The position numbers and the translations under genes are program-made. Positions 40,818 through 52,150 of a stretch of DNA of 64,000 nt are shown here, piece after piece (the stretch's first letter is position 1; each line of letters starts with the position of its first letter). Source of the DNA: Octopus sinensis (Eukaryota); NCBI RefSeq assembly GCF_006345805.1, contig NC_043001.1, positions 119,536,001-119,600,000 of the forward strand, written 5' to 3'. Under the pieces are notes generated by a model. The model did not search any database. It saw nothing but the letters and a program-made list of their open reading frames with translations, and was not told where the DNA came from.

Positions 40818-40932
40818 CATACATACATACATACATACATGCATGCATACATACATACATACATACATACATACATACATACATACATACATACATACAT
40901 ACATACATACATACATACATACATACATACAT
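40420..40932. repeat. (TA)n/(TACA)n microsatellite cluster
   Basis: Read directly; source of the 256-aa and 200-aa low-complexity ORFs. Confidence 0.95.
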
Positions 40933-41008
40933 TCTGTTGGTGTTTACACTGTTGCAGTCTCGAGACGCCTTTCTAGTTTCCAGCTAATTTTTCATCTCTG
41001 CAACAAGT

Positions 41009-41096
41009 GTTCAGTATCTCGTTCAGTATCTCGTTCAGTATCTCGTTCAGTATCTCGTTCAGTATCTCGTTCAGTATCTCGTTCAGTATCTCGTTC
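41009..41096. repeat. Perfect 12-bp minisatellite (GTTCAGTATCTC) x7.3
   Basis: Seven exact units 41009-41092 plus GTTC. Confidence 0.97.
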
Positions 41097-43961
41097 TCCA
41101 ACTCTGCAAAGCACAAGGAAATGGGATACGAAACCAAAGCACACAAGTAGTGTAGTTAGACTTGATTTATCTTTATGGATCGTTGTCTATCATACATTTT
41201 TCTTATTAGGTACAGTATCCCTTCTACAATGAAACTGAGTAGGCTCTACTTAGTTATTCACATTATTGTAACGATTTTCACCGTGTACTCTAAAACTTAA
41301 TCCAACTCTGAAGGAATTTGTTGTCGGATAAAACATCAAATTAGATCATGTTGGGTCATATTATTTACTTTGCTCCATCTATACTGCAGGGTAAAATGTT
41401 ACTCTATGGTAATGTCTATAGTGAAATTAAGGGAGTTCATGCCTTTCCGGAACATATTAACGTGCAGCTAGAATTAATTTGCTACAAGGAAAATTAACTT
41501 GCTACAAGAAAAATATTAACGTGCGGCTAGATCTAACTTTCTACAAGGAAGGATCGAATCTATTGCCAGTTCGTCTCACGTGTGAGACACATACCACTAG
41601 AATACGATACATTATGATTTCTAACATTGGCATAAAATCATAGATTTGTGGCAAGTGTATCTAACCAAGTATAAGACAGGTAATATCTAATACGACTTCG
41701 GAGAAATAAAAGGCAAAGTAATTTTGACAAGATTTGAAGTTTAGCAATGAAGGAACCAAACAAAATTCTCCAAATAATTTCATTCGATAGTCGCCCATTT
41801 CTGCCACTTCTTAACTCTAATAAAATATCTACTCTGTGAAGCATGTTCGTTTACAAATCTGTAAATTATTAGGGCATTTCTATTTCTGACCCTGATCTCA
41901 CGAAGACCTTGGTTGACAGAAAGTTGTAATCATCGGGAGTATTCAAATAGTATAGATTTCCATTGTGTTCCATGTAGTGTTGATTGAATATTTAGAAATT
42001 ATAGTTGAGAAATACGAACATAGGGTCCTATTTATCATTATGATTATATTCAGCAGTAAAAGAGACCAACTTTTTTAGTCGTTACGATGTGTTTATGTTT
42101 TTATGACAATACTAAATTCAAGATGTCTGATACACGAACTTTCTTAATTTCGCCAGAGAACTCAGAGATGAAGTTGATAGAAATGCCTGAGCTTCTATTT
42201 ATTATGCTTTGTTCTGAAGCCGAAACAGTGACCTAATTTTGATTCCTGTTTGCAACCATTGTTTCACTACAACTCACAATCGTATTTCTTATTCTAGGAG
42301 TGCATGAGTTATCAAGAAACAAAATAAAATGCAAAAGGTTGGTAAAAGCTACTGAAACAAAATACTTTGAAACCAACTGGCAACGATATGACTAGCCCTG
42401 TAAATTTATTGGTTTATTAAAAATTCATTTAAAGACCCAGTCTTCAAAAAATAAATTACACTGGAGATGATTCCCATTGTCTTCTCTACATCTATATAAA
42501 TTCACACTAGAAAATTGACAAAACAACCGTCAAATTTACAGTGCTGCCGCTGCCAGCAGTACTGAGCTATTTACAGCGAATTTATGCTTTAGGTTGAGAA
42601 CTAAATACCTTCACCACGATACGAAGACTTACTCTGATGACTCGTTGTCGTACATCCTATAGACACCCACCTTCTCCACAGCTATTTACCTAGATGTGTT
42701 TATATACGTCAGTCTGGGTTCAGTTTCTTATTTTAAAATTTTCTACATTTAATTATGATTTACGTAATTCCTGAACAGCCGAAGAAAATTAGGCGCTACA
42801 TTTTGTAGAGGAATAGAGAAAATTCGTATTAATGGCATAGATGAAATAAAAACTGAAACCACTTCGTTCCATTAAAGCTTACTTCTAACTTTTATAAAAC
42901 AAGCAAATAGTTTAATATAAAAAATTAAACTAAGTTTAATCGAATATCTTACAAAATTAACAAATCATATCAAACTCAAATAATTAAAATACATCAGCAA
43001 CTGGTTTAATCGGTTCAAAGAATAACTGTTATTATTTACAGCTTAATAACAAATGAAAGTAAAGTACATAACAAGATAAGCAACTAAACTATCATAAAAC
43101 AACAAAAGAACAGTAGTTTTCTGACAATATCATGTTGACAACAGATTTCAATTTAAATATTATTTAAATTTCTGACACAATAATAGGCAATTATAAATCC
43201 GTCCTATTAGGAATTCAATTTAAACATACACCCTCTCACATAAACACAAACAAAAAGTACAAACATATAGATGCACACGTAGATACACCACATCAACAAA
43301 TATTCACATAAATAAGCAACATAAACATACACACACAAACAAACAAACAAACACATGCCCACAAACTCAAGAATCGCAGAGAGGTGCGCATAGAAATACG
43401 TATGCACAAAGCAACAAAGGCAAATATAATACGCATATAAACTCATTCACACAAACACACAGGAACACACAGACACACACAGACACACACACAAACAAAG
43501 AAACATCACATACATAACAATTAAAACAAAAACGAACAAAGAGTAGAGCAAGTAAGGGAAATACTCTTACGATCTTATCCCATAGACGTGTGTAACATCT
43601 GCTTTTGAGCCCTTCTTCTAAGTTTTCTATGTTATTTATTGATCAGCTTCATATGGAATATTTCAAATGAATGCTGTTAGAGTTGTTATTATTGCTCTTG
43701 TTATTGTTGATATTGCTGCTAATATTGTTGTTGCTAATGATAATAAATAGTGATAATGATGTTGTAAAGAGATTTGTTATTATTTTTAATTAGCCTCTTG
43801 GCGTGATTATTTTGATTACTGGTATTCGAATTATTAATATTCGAATTAAGTGTTATTATATCATTATTGTTATTAGTTTTAAATTTCTGAGTCACTTCCC
43901 CACCTCTATTTGTAACCAGCTCCTATAATATCTCTTATCTCCCACCCTTATAGCAATGATG

Positions 43962-44090
<129 letters not shown>

Positions 44091-44774
44091 TTCCCATCAT
44101 CATCATAATAATTATTATTATTGTCATCATCATCATCATTAACTTTCTCTGCCGCCTCCTCGTTATCAGAATGAAGAATTCTTTTTTTAAATATTTAAAA
44201 ATTAATATATATAAACGATAAATAGATATACAAAAATTAATAAATAAATTAGTACCAACATTTTAAAAATAACACATACAAACACATCCATTAAACAAAT
44301 TAATAAATTATTCAAACTATATAAAACTTCGACAATGTATGAAAAAAAAGCATCTGCTTTGCTTCAACTTGAATATCACAACACAAGTAGTTTGTTTTAT
44401 TTTCCATTTGTCCATTTTTGCCCGACCGATGAGAGAAAGAAGAAATCGTATTTGGTGTTTTAATGCTCATGGGTTTCCTCTTTCTTTTTTATAGTCATTT
44501 TCGTCTTTTTGACGTGGTCCATGTTACCTTGACAACACGGTGCATTAGATCATTTCATTAGTAATTAATAGAAGGAAGAATTTTTGTTAGCAACCACGTT
44601 ACAGCAAGAATTCAATATGGACACACTCGCACGTGCACACTTATATGTATATATGTATGCATGTATGTATGGATGTATGTATGTATGGATGGATGGATAG
44701 ATGGATGGATGGATGGATGGATGGATGGATGGATGGATGGATGGATGGATGGATGTTTGTTTGTATGTATGTAT

Positions 44775-45182
44775 CGGGGATGTGCCGCCTGGGTAGGCAA
44801 GGTAGGCAGTGCCTACCCTGATAAAATAAATCGATAGTAACATTTTCCTTTTATGGCAAAATATGTACCTAATTCAAGAGAATTATGAAGGCTACTCTGA
44901 TTATTATGCATAAAATGCAAAATATCTTATTTTTCAGTAGATTAAGTAGACATAATTCGCCCCTACCTTTCAATTCCAGTATTAAAACTACATATAGTAC
45001 TGCTGTAGTATACGTGGTGCGTCCATTCCTATAACTACGTATTCTTTACGCGTTATAAAGTCAGGAGTAATTCTGCCTCCAACTCAGTCATGTACCTGTG
45101 TTTCGCTTATTTTTTTTGCGTGTTTTACTACATAAATGTCACCAACTGCCTACCCTGAGTAGTTACTGACGGCAAGTGCCTG
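44775..45182. mobile_element. hAT-like MITE (about 408 bp)
   Basis: Imperfect TIRs CGGGGATGTGCCGCC versus reverse-complement CAGGCACTTGCCGTC (10/15); flanking 8-mers GTATGTAT (44767-44774) and GTATGCAT (45183-45190); subterminal TGCCTACCCTG at both ends plus inverted GGTAGGCA copies. The target duplication lies in a (TATG)n context, so it is weak evidence. Confidence 0.55.
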
Positions 45183-45218
45183 GTATGCATGTATATATGT
45201 ATGTATATGTGTGTGAAC

Positions 45219-45254
<36 letters not shown>

Positions 45255-45256
<2 letters not shown>

Positions 45257-45365
45257 CCTGCTCGCTTAGCCAGCGGGATGGCGTCATTTGAAGGCTAAAA
45301 CAATGCAAAGCGCATTGTGACCAGCGATGTGTAGCAACATCTGATAGTCTGGTCGGTCACGTGAT
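45255..45365. mobile_element. About 110-bp GC-richer insert between two (TA)n tracts (unclassified repeat)
   Basis: Sharp compositional boundaries with (TA)n on both sides; resembles a recurrent octopus repeat from memory only. Confidence 0.4.
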
Positions 45366-45371
45366 TACGTA

Positions 45372-45480
<109 letters not shown>

Positions 45481-45568
45481 ATATGTATGTATAGACAATG
45501 AGTGAAAAAATTAGTTAATTGCAGCGATTGAATTTTTGTACAATGACCTTCAGTATAATTAATTGCCT

Positions 45569-45613
<45 letters not shown>

Positions 45614-45854
45614 CCGGCAGCAACAGCAACAGCACCAGCACCAACAGTAGAGACTAGATTAAAACCCTCTTACATAATCAGAAGGTTCAACTTTGTAATG
45701 CGGCAAGTAAAACCGATTAAATTCACACTAGTTTATGACTGGTATTCATTTTGTGAGTTTGAAGGAGGTAAAAGTTTAATTTGACAATGGAAGGGATTTA
45801 CAATGTATTCTGCACGGTATTCTACTATTTCTGGCACTAAATAATAGAATTATA

Positions 45855-46420
45855 TTGGGTTGTCCGAAAAGTTCGTGCCGATTTATAGTAGCTTACCTTT
45901 CGACTTACTTTGGAACATGGTTGAGTCCATAAAATAGGATTTGACTACACCTCCATTTAGATCACAGTTTAAGCTATCTTTTCGTGGAAGAAGGTTTATG
46001 TTCCTATAACCTGTATTAATTTTGTAACCCTATAAAATGGAAGACAAGAAAGTTCATTTTCGGCACTTGATGCTTTGGGAATCAAACAGAAATTGCTGCA
46101 GCTCGGCTGGGATGTGTTACCCCACCCTCCATATTCACCAGATATTGCTCCTTCAGATTTCCACTTATTCAGGTCTCTGCAGAATAGTCTTAATGGTAAA
46201 AATTTCAATTCCTTGGATGATGTAAAAAGATACCTTGATGAATTCTTTGCCATGAAACCACCTCAATTCTGGGAAGAGGGTATTTTCAAGTTAAAGGAAA
46301 GATGGAGACGCATTGTGAAACAAAATGGTTCAAATTTGGTTGATTAAAAATGTAATAGCGAGTACTTATTGACCTTTTTCTTTTCTTTAAAAGTCGGCAT
46401 GAACTTTCAGGACAACCCAA
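45855..46420 (+). mobile_element. Internally deleted mariner transposon (566 bp) with intact TIRs and TA target duplication
   Basis: Left TIR TTGGGTTGTCCGAAAAGTTCGTGCCGATTT; right TIR reverse complement TTGGGTTGTCCTGAAAGTTCATGCCGACTT; TA at 45853-45854 and 46421-46422. N-terminus MEDKKVHFRHLMLWE (46037) is joined out of frame to C-terminal LGWDVLPHPPYSPDIAPSDFHLF...ERWRRIVKQNG (to 46347). Confidence 0.93.
46037..46347 (+). pseudogene. Mariner transposase remnant (N-terminal 15 codons fused to the C-terminal about 90 codons)
   Basis: YSPDIAPSD is the mariner YSPDLAPSD motif carrying the third catalytic Asp; the HTH region and first two catalytic Asp residues are absent. Confidence 0.9.
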
Positions 46421-46545
46421 TATCTAATACTCACACACTCACTCACACATACGGACACACACACACGCACATACATACATACACACAAAGACACACACTC
46501 GCACGCGTGGGCACACACACACACACACACAAATATATATATGTA

Positions 46546-46976
46546 GGCACAGGCGCGGCTGTGTGGTAAGAAGCTTGCTTTTCAGTCACATGGTCCCGGG
46601 TTCAGTTCCACTGCATGGCACCTTGGGCAAATGCTTCCTATGGCAAGCTTCGGGCCGATCAAAGCTTTGCGAGGGGATTTGGTAACTAAAACTGAAGGAA
46701 GAAAAGGAAACTGTAAGAAGCACGTCGTGTATGTGTGTGTGTGCGAGTGTATCTTTCTGTCTGTGTTTGTCCCCCCCCCACACACACACACACCGCTTGA
46801 CTACTAGTGGTATTGGTGTGCTTGCATCCCCGTAGCTTAACGGTTCGGCAGGCAAAAGAAACCGATAGAATTAATACGAGGCTTAAAAAGAAGTACTGGG
46901 GTCTAGTCATTGGAGACTAAAAATTCAATGCGGTGTCACATCATGGCCGCAGTTTAATGACTGAAACAAGTAAAAG
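46546..46976 (+). mobile_element. SINE-B, full length
   Basis: CGGCTGTGTGGTAAG A-box, GGGTTCAGTTCC B-box, CCTTGGGCAAAT, 3' ATGGCCGCAGT...CTGAAACAAGTAAAAG followed by (TA)n. Confidence 0.85.
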
Positions 46977-47020
<44 letters not shown>

Positions 47021-47603
47021 GCATCAATTCAAGTGCTGGGAAAAAGGCCGATTCCATTCCAGGTGGATTTTATCTTAGAACATAGACCAAGCTAAATAGT
47101 TTCAGTTATTAAGGCCGCTTCTTTAGATAGGTATCAAACCACAAATTCGGCTGAATTAATACGTTCAATGAATCTGGGGCCAATAGTTGTTAATGTTTTA
47201 AGGATAAAAAGTAAAGTCGATCACGGCTAGCGACAGTAAAGCAACCAATTAAATTTCTCTTAATTGCCATTTTCTCTCTTTTGTTACGTATTAAGAACTG
47301 GGTATTAATATTTAATCATGAAATTGATATTTATTCTCAAAATTGGTTTTCATTTTTTCTTTTTTTTTTTTGTAAATGATTTTTTAAAAATTTCCGATAA
47401 AAATTTCGAATAATACTTCGTTACTAATAACTCTCTGGTTGGTTGAGATGATTGGCACTTCACACATATCATGCTCTCGCAAAGGAGAAAGAGTAAAAAC
47501 TATTATTAATTCTACGAGACCTAAATGCAATTGATGGAAGCTTCATGATTAAATTAACAGATGTTTTCTATCAAACATTCGTCATAAGTCAATCCAATCT
47601 ATA

Positions 47604-47990
47604 CGTACAAGGCCTGAAATCTTGAGGAAGGGAACTAGTCGACGGTACCGATTCCAGAGCTCAACTGGTACTTATTTTATCTACCCCTAAAGGATTCAGG
47701 GCAAAGTTGGTCTCAGCGAAATTTGAACTTAGAACGGAAAACCAGAAGAAATGCTGCCTGATATTTTGCCTAGAGCGCCGCTGGTAATTCTACAGGCTCG
47801 CCGTCTTAATAATTTGGCACAAGGCTGGCAAATTTGCTGGCAGGGGTAAGTTGATTATATCGGTCCCAGTACTTAACTGATCCTTATTTTATTGAGTCCT
47901 AAAGACAGCGGAATTTAATCTCAGAACGTAAAGAACTAGAAAAAATGCCGTCAAGCATTTTGCCGCGAACGATTCCACCTATTCATAACC
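47604..47990 (-). mobile_element. Two tandem SINE-A copies (about 47604-47806 and 47812-47990)
   Basis: Joined by TTAATAAT; both show AACT-G-T-CTTATTTTAT and AATTT-AA-(C)T-AGAACG on the + strand. Confidence 0.75.
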
Positions 47991-48044
47991 CTTTTAGCAA
48001 TAACAATAATAATAATAATGATAATGACAATAATAATAATAATA

Positions 48045-48296
48045 TTATTTCATATTTTCCTGATTATTCTGGCCGTTCCAAGGAAGCAAATCTTTCGTGC
48101 CAGTTCTACTGGGCACTCTATTACAATTTCTTTGATATCCTTCTTGATGCCTTCTGATACTGTTCCCAAGGACCCAACAATAATTGGTACTATCTTCACC
48201 TTCTTCATTTTCCATAGCCGGGCTATTTCGTACTTATCTATCTTTTCGCCTTCCTTCTTGACTATTCGTGGGTCAAAGGGGCATTCGACATCAATC
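48045..48296 (-). mobile_element. R4/Dong-like endonuclease C-terminal fragment (lineage similar to 19442-19850)
   Basis: ORF 48050-48310: IDVECPFDPRIVKKEGEKIDKY...VPIIVGSLG...FLGTARIIRKI; bounded by (AAT)n and (ATC/ATT)n. Confidence 0.88.
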
Positions 48297-48311
48297 ATCA
48301 TCATCATCATA

Positions 48312-48387
<76 letters not shown>

Positions 48388-48389
<2 letters not shown>

Positions 48390-48958
48390 TTTCATTGCCA
48401 TCTTCTTTCAATTCTGTTTCCATTTCTTGCTGAGTGTCTTCCTGACACCTAGGGCAGAGAAACGCACTGTATACATTGGTAGGCCATTAAAATAAGCACA
48501 ACAGATTGTTCATTTACAGACTCATGTGATAGAAAAAAAAGGGGGAGACAGAGAGAAAAAGGAAAACATAAAAGAGTAAACAATAAAATAAAGTGGGGAA
48601 AAGGAAGAAAAGTCACAGCCGCAACGCTCTTCTCAATACGTGTGACGTACAAGTAAAGACAATCTTTTGCACTTCCTGCATGGATGGTAAGCCAGGGACA
48701 ATTCTTAAATAATTTTCTTTTCCTTTTTTGATCATTCCAAGTGCTCCTACAATCACTGGTATTGTAACTGTCTTGAGATACCACATCCTTTCGATTTCGA
48801 TTAGCAGATCTTTATATTTTCTGAACTTACCAAATTCTTTTGCTGAGATATTATGGTCACAGGGTATGTTCATGTCAATCAATAAACAGACTTTATTGCT
48901 TTTGTCTTTCACAACAATATCTGGTTTATTTGCCTTGATGGTCCGATCTGTACATACA
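48388..48958 (-). mobile_element. R4/Dong-like 3' fragment, lineage beta, copy 1
   Basis: NKPDIVVKDKSNKVCLLIDMNIPCD...KYKDLLIEIERMW...GALG...HVLRRALRL (48613-48912) plus 3'UTR into (AAT)n. Confidence 0.92.
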
Positions 48959-48978
48959 TTACTATTATTATTATTATT

Positions 48979-49334
48979 ATTACCTCCGCCTTAGCGAAGG
49001 CGGAGTATTGTTTCCAGTTGTGTTTGTTTGTCCGTGGACAAGATATCTCAAGATCCGCTGGATGGATTGGAATAAAACTTTCAGAGATGTTTGACCTCAT
49101 GACTGACATGAACTGGTTAGATTCTGGGATCGATCCGGTACAAAAAAGGTTTCTGAATTATTTTTCCTGTTTTTTTTACTTAATTTTTGAGAGCGGTCGG
49201 ATTCATTTTTAGTATTCTCGTTCGTGAGAGCAGTCGAGTTTATTTCAGATATTCTCATTTAAAATATTATCACTGGCTAATCGTTGATAGAACATCGGTG
49301 TTGCCTTGGCGATCTGCGCTCTCTGCGTGCTCTT
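48979..49334 (+). mobile_element. Helentron-associated non-autonomous element (HINE/DINE-1-like), copy 1, inserted in (ATT)n
   Basis: 5' ACCTCCGCC with an immediate inverted copy forming a hairpin, (GTTT) tract, GATCGATCCGG core, 3' CCTTGGCG...GCGCTCTCTGCGTGC end and T-rich flanks. Architecture matches HINEs as recalled. Confidence 0.6.
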
Positions 49335-49347
49335 ATTATTATTATTA

Positions 49348-49406
<59 letters not shown>

Positions 49407-49408
<2 letters not shown>

Positions 49409-49979
49409 TTTCATTGCCATCTTCTTTCAATTCTGTTTCCATTTCTTGCTGAGTGTCTTCCTGACACCTAGGGCAGAGAAACGCACTGTATACATCGGTA
49501 GGCCATTAAAATAAGCACAACAGATTGTTCATTTACAGACTCATGTGATAGAAAAAAAAGGGGGAGACAGAGAGAAAAAGGAAAACATAAAAGAGTAAAC
49601 AAATAAAATAAAGTGGGGAAAAGGAAAGAAAAGTCACAGCCGCAACGCTCTTCTCAATACGTGTGACGTACAAGTAAAGACAATCTTTTGCACTTCCTGC
49701 ATGGATGGTAAGCCAGGGACAATTCTTAAATAATTTTCTTTTCCTTTTTTGATCATTCCAAGTGCTCCTACAATCACTGGTATTGTAACTGTCTTGAGAT
49801 ACCACATCCTTTCGATTTCGATTAGCAGATCTTTATATTTTCTGAACTTACCAAATTCTTTTGCTGAGATATTATGGTCACAGGGTATGTTCATGTCAAT
49901 CAATAAACAGACTTTATTGCTTTTGTCTTTCACAACAATATCTGGTTTATTTGCCTTGATGGTCCGATCTGTACATACA
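49407..49979 (-). mobile_element. R4/Dong-like 3' fragment, lineage beta, copy 2 (duplicate of copy 1)
   Basis: Same sequence and same 5' truncation point as 48388-48958. Confidence 0.92.
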
Positions 49980-49996
49980 TTACTATTATTATTATT

Positions 49997-50351
49997 ATTA
50001 CCTCCGCCTTAGCGAAGGCGGAGGTATTGTTTCCAGTTGTGTTTGTTTGTCCGTGGACAAGATATCTCAAGATCCGCTGGATGGATTGGAATAAAACTTT
50101 CAGAGATGTTTGACCTCATGACTGACATGAACTGGTTAGATTCTGGGATCGATCCGGTACAAAAAAGGTTTCTGAATTATTTTTCCTGTTTTTTTTACTT
50201 AATTTTTGAGAGCGGTCGGATTCATTTTTAGTATTCTCGTTCGTGAGAGCAGTCGAGTTTATTTCAGATATTCTCATTTAAAATATTATCACTGGCTAAT
50301 CGTTGATAGAACATCGGTGTTGCCTTGGCGATCTGCGCTCTCTGCGTGCTC

Positions 50352-50353
<2 letters not shown>
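49997..50353 (+). mobile_element. HINE-like element, copy 2
   Basis: Perfect 12-bp hairpin TACCTCCGCCTT-AGCG-AAGGCGGAGGTA at 49999-50026; otherwise as copy 1. Confidence 0.6.
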
Positions 50354-50396
<43 letters not shown>

Positions 50397-50397
<1 letters not shown>

Positions 50398-51070
50398 TTT
50401 TTTTTCTTTTTTCAAATTTGCTTCCATTTCTTGCCGAGTGTCTTCCCGACTCCTAGGGCAAAGAAACTCATAGTATACATTGGTAGGCCATTAAACCAAA
50501 CTCAATAGTTCGTTCATTTAAAAAAAAATTTTTTTTAAAGTTAAATTAAAATACATGAGCAGCAACAGTTCTCACATCGACAATGCTCTTCTCAATACGT
50601 GTGATGTACCAGTTAAGACAATCTTTTGCACTTCTTGCAGGGATGGTAAGCCAGGGATCATTCTCATATAATTTTCGGTTCCCTTCTTGATCATTCCTAG
50701 TGCTCCTACGATCACTGGTATTGTAACCGCCTTGAGATGCCACATTTTCTCAATTTCAATGAGTAGGTCTTTATATTTTCTGAGCTTGTCAAACTCTTTC
50801 GCTGAGATATTATGATCACAGGGGATGTTCATGTCGATCAATAAGCAAACTTTATTGTTTTGGTCTTTCACAACAATATCTGGTTTATTGGCCTTGATAG
50901 TTCGGTCTGTATGTACTGGAAAGTCCCACAGAATGGTTACATTTTCTCCTTCAGTTACAGCCTCAGGGTGGTGATTATACCACTTGTCGGCAGTTTTGAT
51001 ATTGTAATGCCGACTTATTAGCCAGTGTAGATATTGGCCAACTCTGTCATGTCTTAATTTATACTCCACT
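50397..51070 (-). mobile_element. R4/Dong-like 3' fragment, lineage beta, copy 3 (independent insertion, uninterrupted endonuclease domain)
   Basis: ORF 50572-51069: RHDRVGQYLHW...ILWDFPVHTDRTIKANKPDIVVKD...LIDMNIPCD...KLRKYKDL...HVLRRALSM with no stop or frameshift; flanked by (ATT)n on both sides. Confidence 0.94.
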
Positions 51071-51099
51071 TATTATTATTGTTATTATTGTTATTATTA

Positions 51100-51166
<67 letters not shown>

Positions 51167-51218
51167 GTCGTCGTCATCATCATCATCATCATCATTATCA
51201 TCATTATTATTATTATTA

Positions 51219-51306
<88 letters not shown>

Positions 51307-51320
51307 TATTATTATTATTT
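51071..51320. repeat. (ATT)n/(ATC)n/(GTC)n compound microsatellite
   Basis: Read directly. Confidence 0.95.
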
Positions 51321-51490
51321 CCAAAATTTGGTATATGGCCATCAAAATTACGTCCATCTCAGTACTTAACGGGTACCTTAATTTTATCGACCTCGGTATG
51401 ATGAAAGGCAATTCGATCTCGGTGTATTTGAACTTAGAACGTAATGAGTCAGAAGAAACGCCAGAAAAAGGATTTATCAATTCTTTAATG
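51320..51490 (-). mobile_element. SINE-A copy whose 3' end runs into the array
   Basis: TTTTATCGACCTCGGTATGATGAAAGGCAATTCGATCTCGG...TTTGAACTTAGAACG on the + strand. Confidence 0.75.
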
Positions 51491-52150
51491 AAGTCAATAA
51501 CGAAACAACAGAACGGAAAAGTGTGGGAGAGACAAATACTACAAAAAAATATAAAAAGATGCATCTGAAATGAAAAAAAAATACTAAAACAAACGATCCT
51601 TGCTAAACCATAAAGAATCCGTCGGTATGCAAAACGCCAACGACTCTTTTGAACAAAACAAACCGTTTGGACCCAGACCAAAATAATAAAACAAAAGTCA
51701 ATTAGCCATCAACAGCAAGAAAAATAGGAGAATTTTGGAGTGAATTATGGGCAGCGAAAGATTCACCACAAAAAAGAGTAGTGAAAACTATGAACAGTAT
51801 CAGATCAACTGTAGACGTCTATAGTAAAGACGTAAGCTAGATACTGGAAAACATGAACAAATAGAAGGCATCCACTCATAGGCATCCACTCATGATAAGA
51901 TCCCCACTTCCTGATTAAAATAGTTACAAAAAAAAAAACACTTAAGTTTGCTACGAAGAAGTTTTAAGAAGGGCGCGTTGGATGACGTAATCACGGGTAA
52001 CATAATAATAGGTTCCTGGCAGAGAAATGGACAAGGCGGAAATGACTGGCAGCTCAACAACAACAACAACAAAACTATTTGATCTGAAACACTACTTTAA
52101 CATCGTAGGTATAGCAAGCCTGAAGCCACTCATAAACTACGACTGTAAGT
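51490..52150 (+). mobile_element. Old R4/Dong-like pre-RT/RT-start remnant, plus strand
   Basis: Frameshifted readings RIRRYAKRQ, EQNKPFG, GEFWSELW and KASTHDKIP resemble the pre-RT motifs of copies A and D; heavily decayed. Confidence 0.5.

Larger units (their letters stand above)
48311..50353. repeat. Near-identical tandem duplication, unit about 1.02 kb = (ATT)n + R4/Dong fragment + HINE
   Basis: TTCATTGCCA at 48391 and 49410; TACCTCCGCC at 48981 and 49999; identical 99-aa ORFs 48613-48912 and 49634-49933. Confidence 0.93.

Noticed and set aside
41009-41096. Possible CRISPR-like array
   Set aside because: Contiguous identical units with no spacers, no cas genes, eukaryotic context.
14880-42700. 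Minus-strand GTAAGT donor matches near 14894, 40030 and 42632
   Set aside because: No credible upstream acceptor or open exon; expected by chance in AT-rich DNA.
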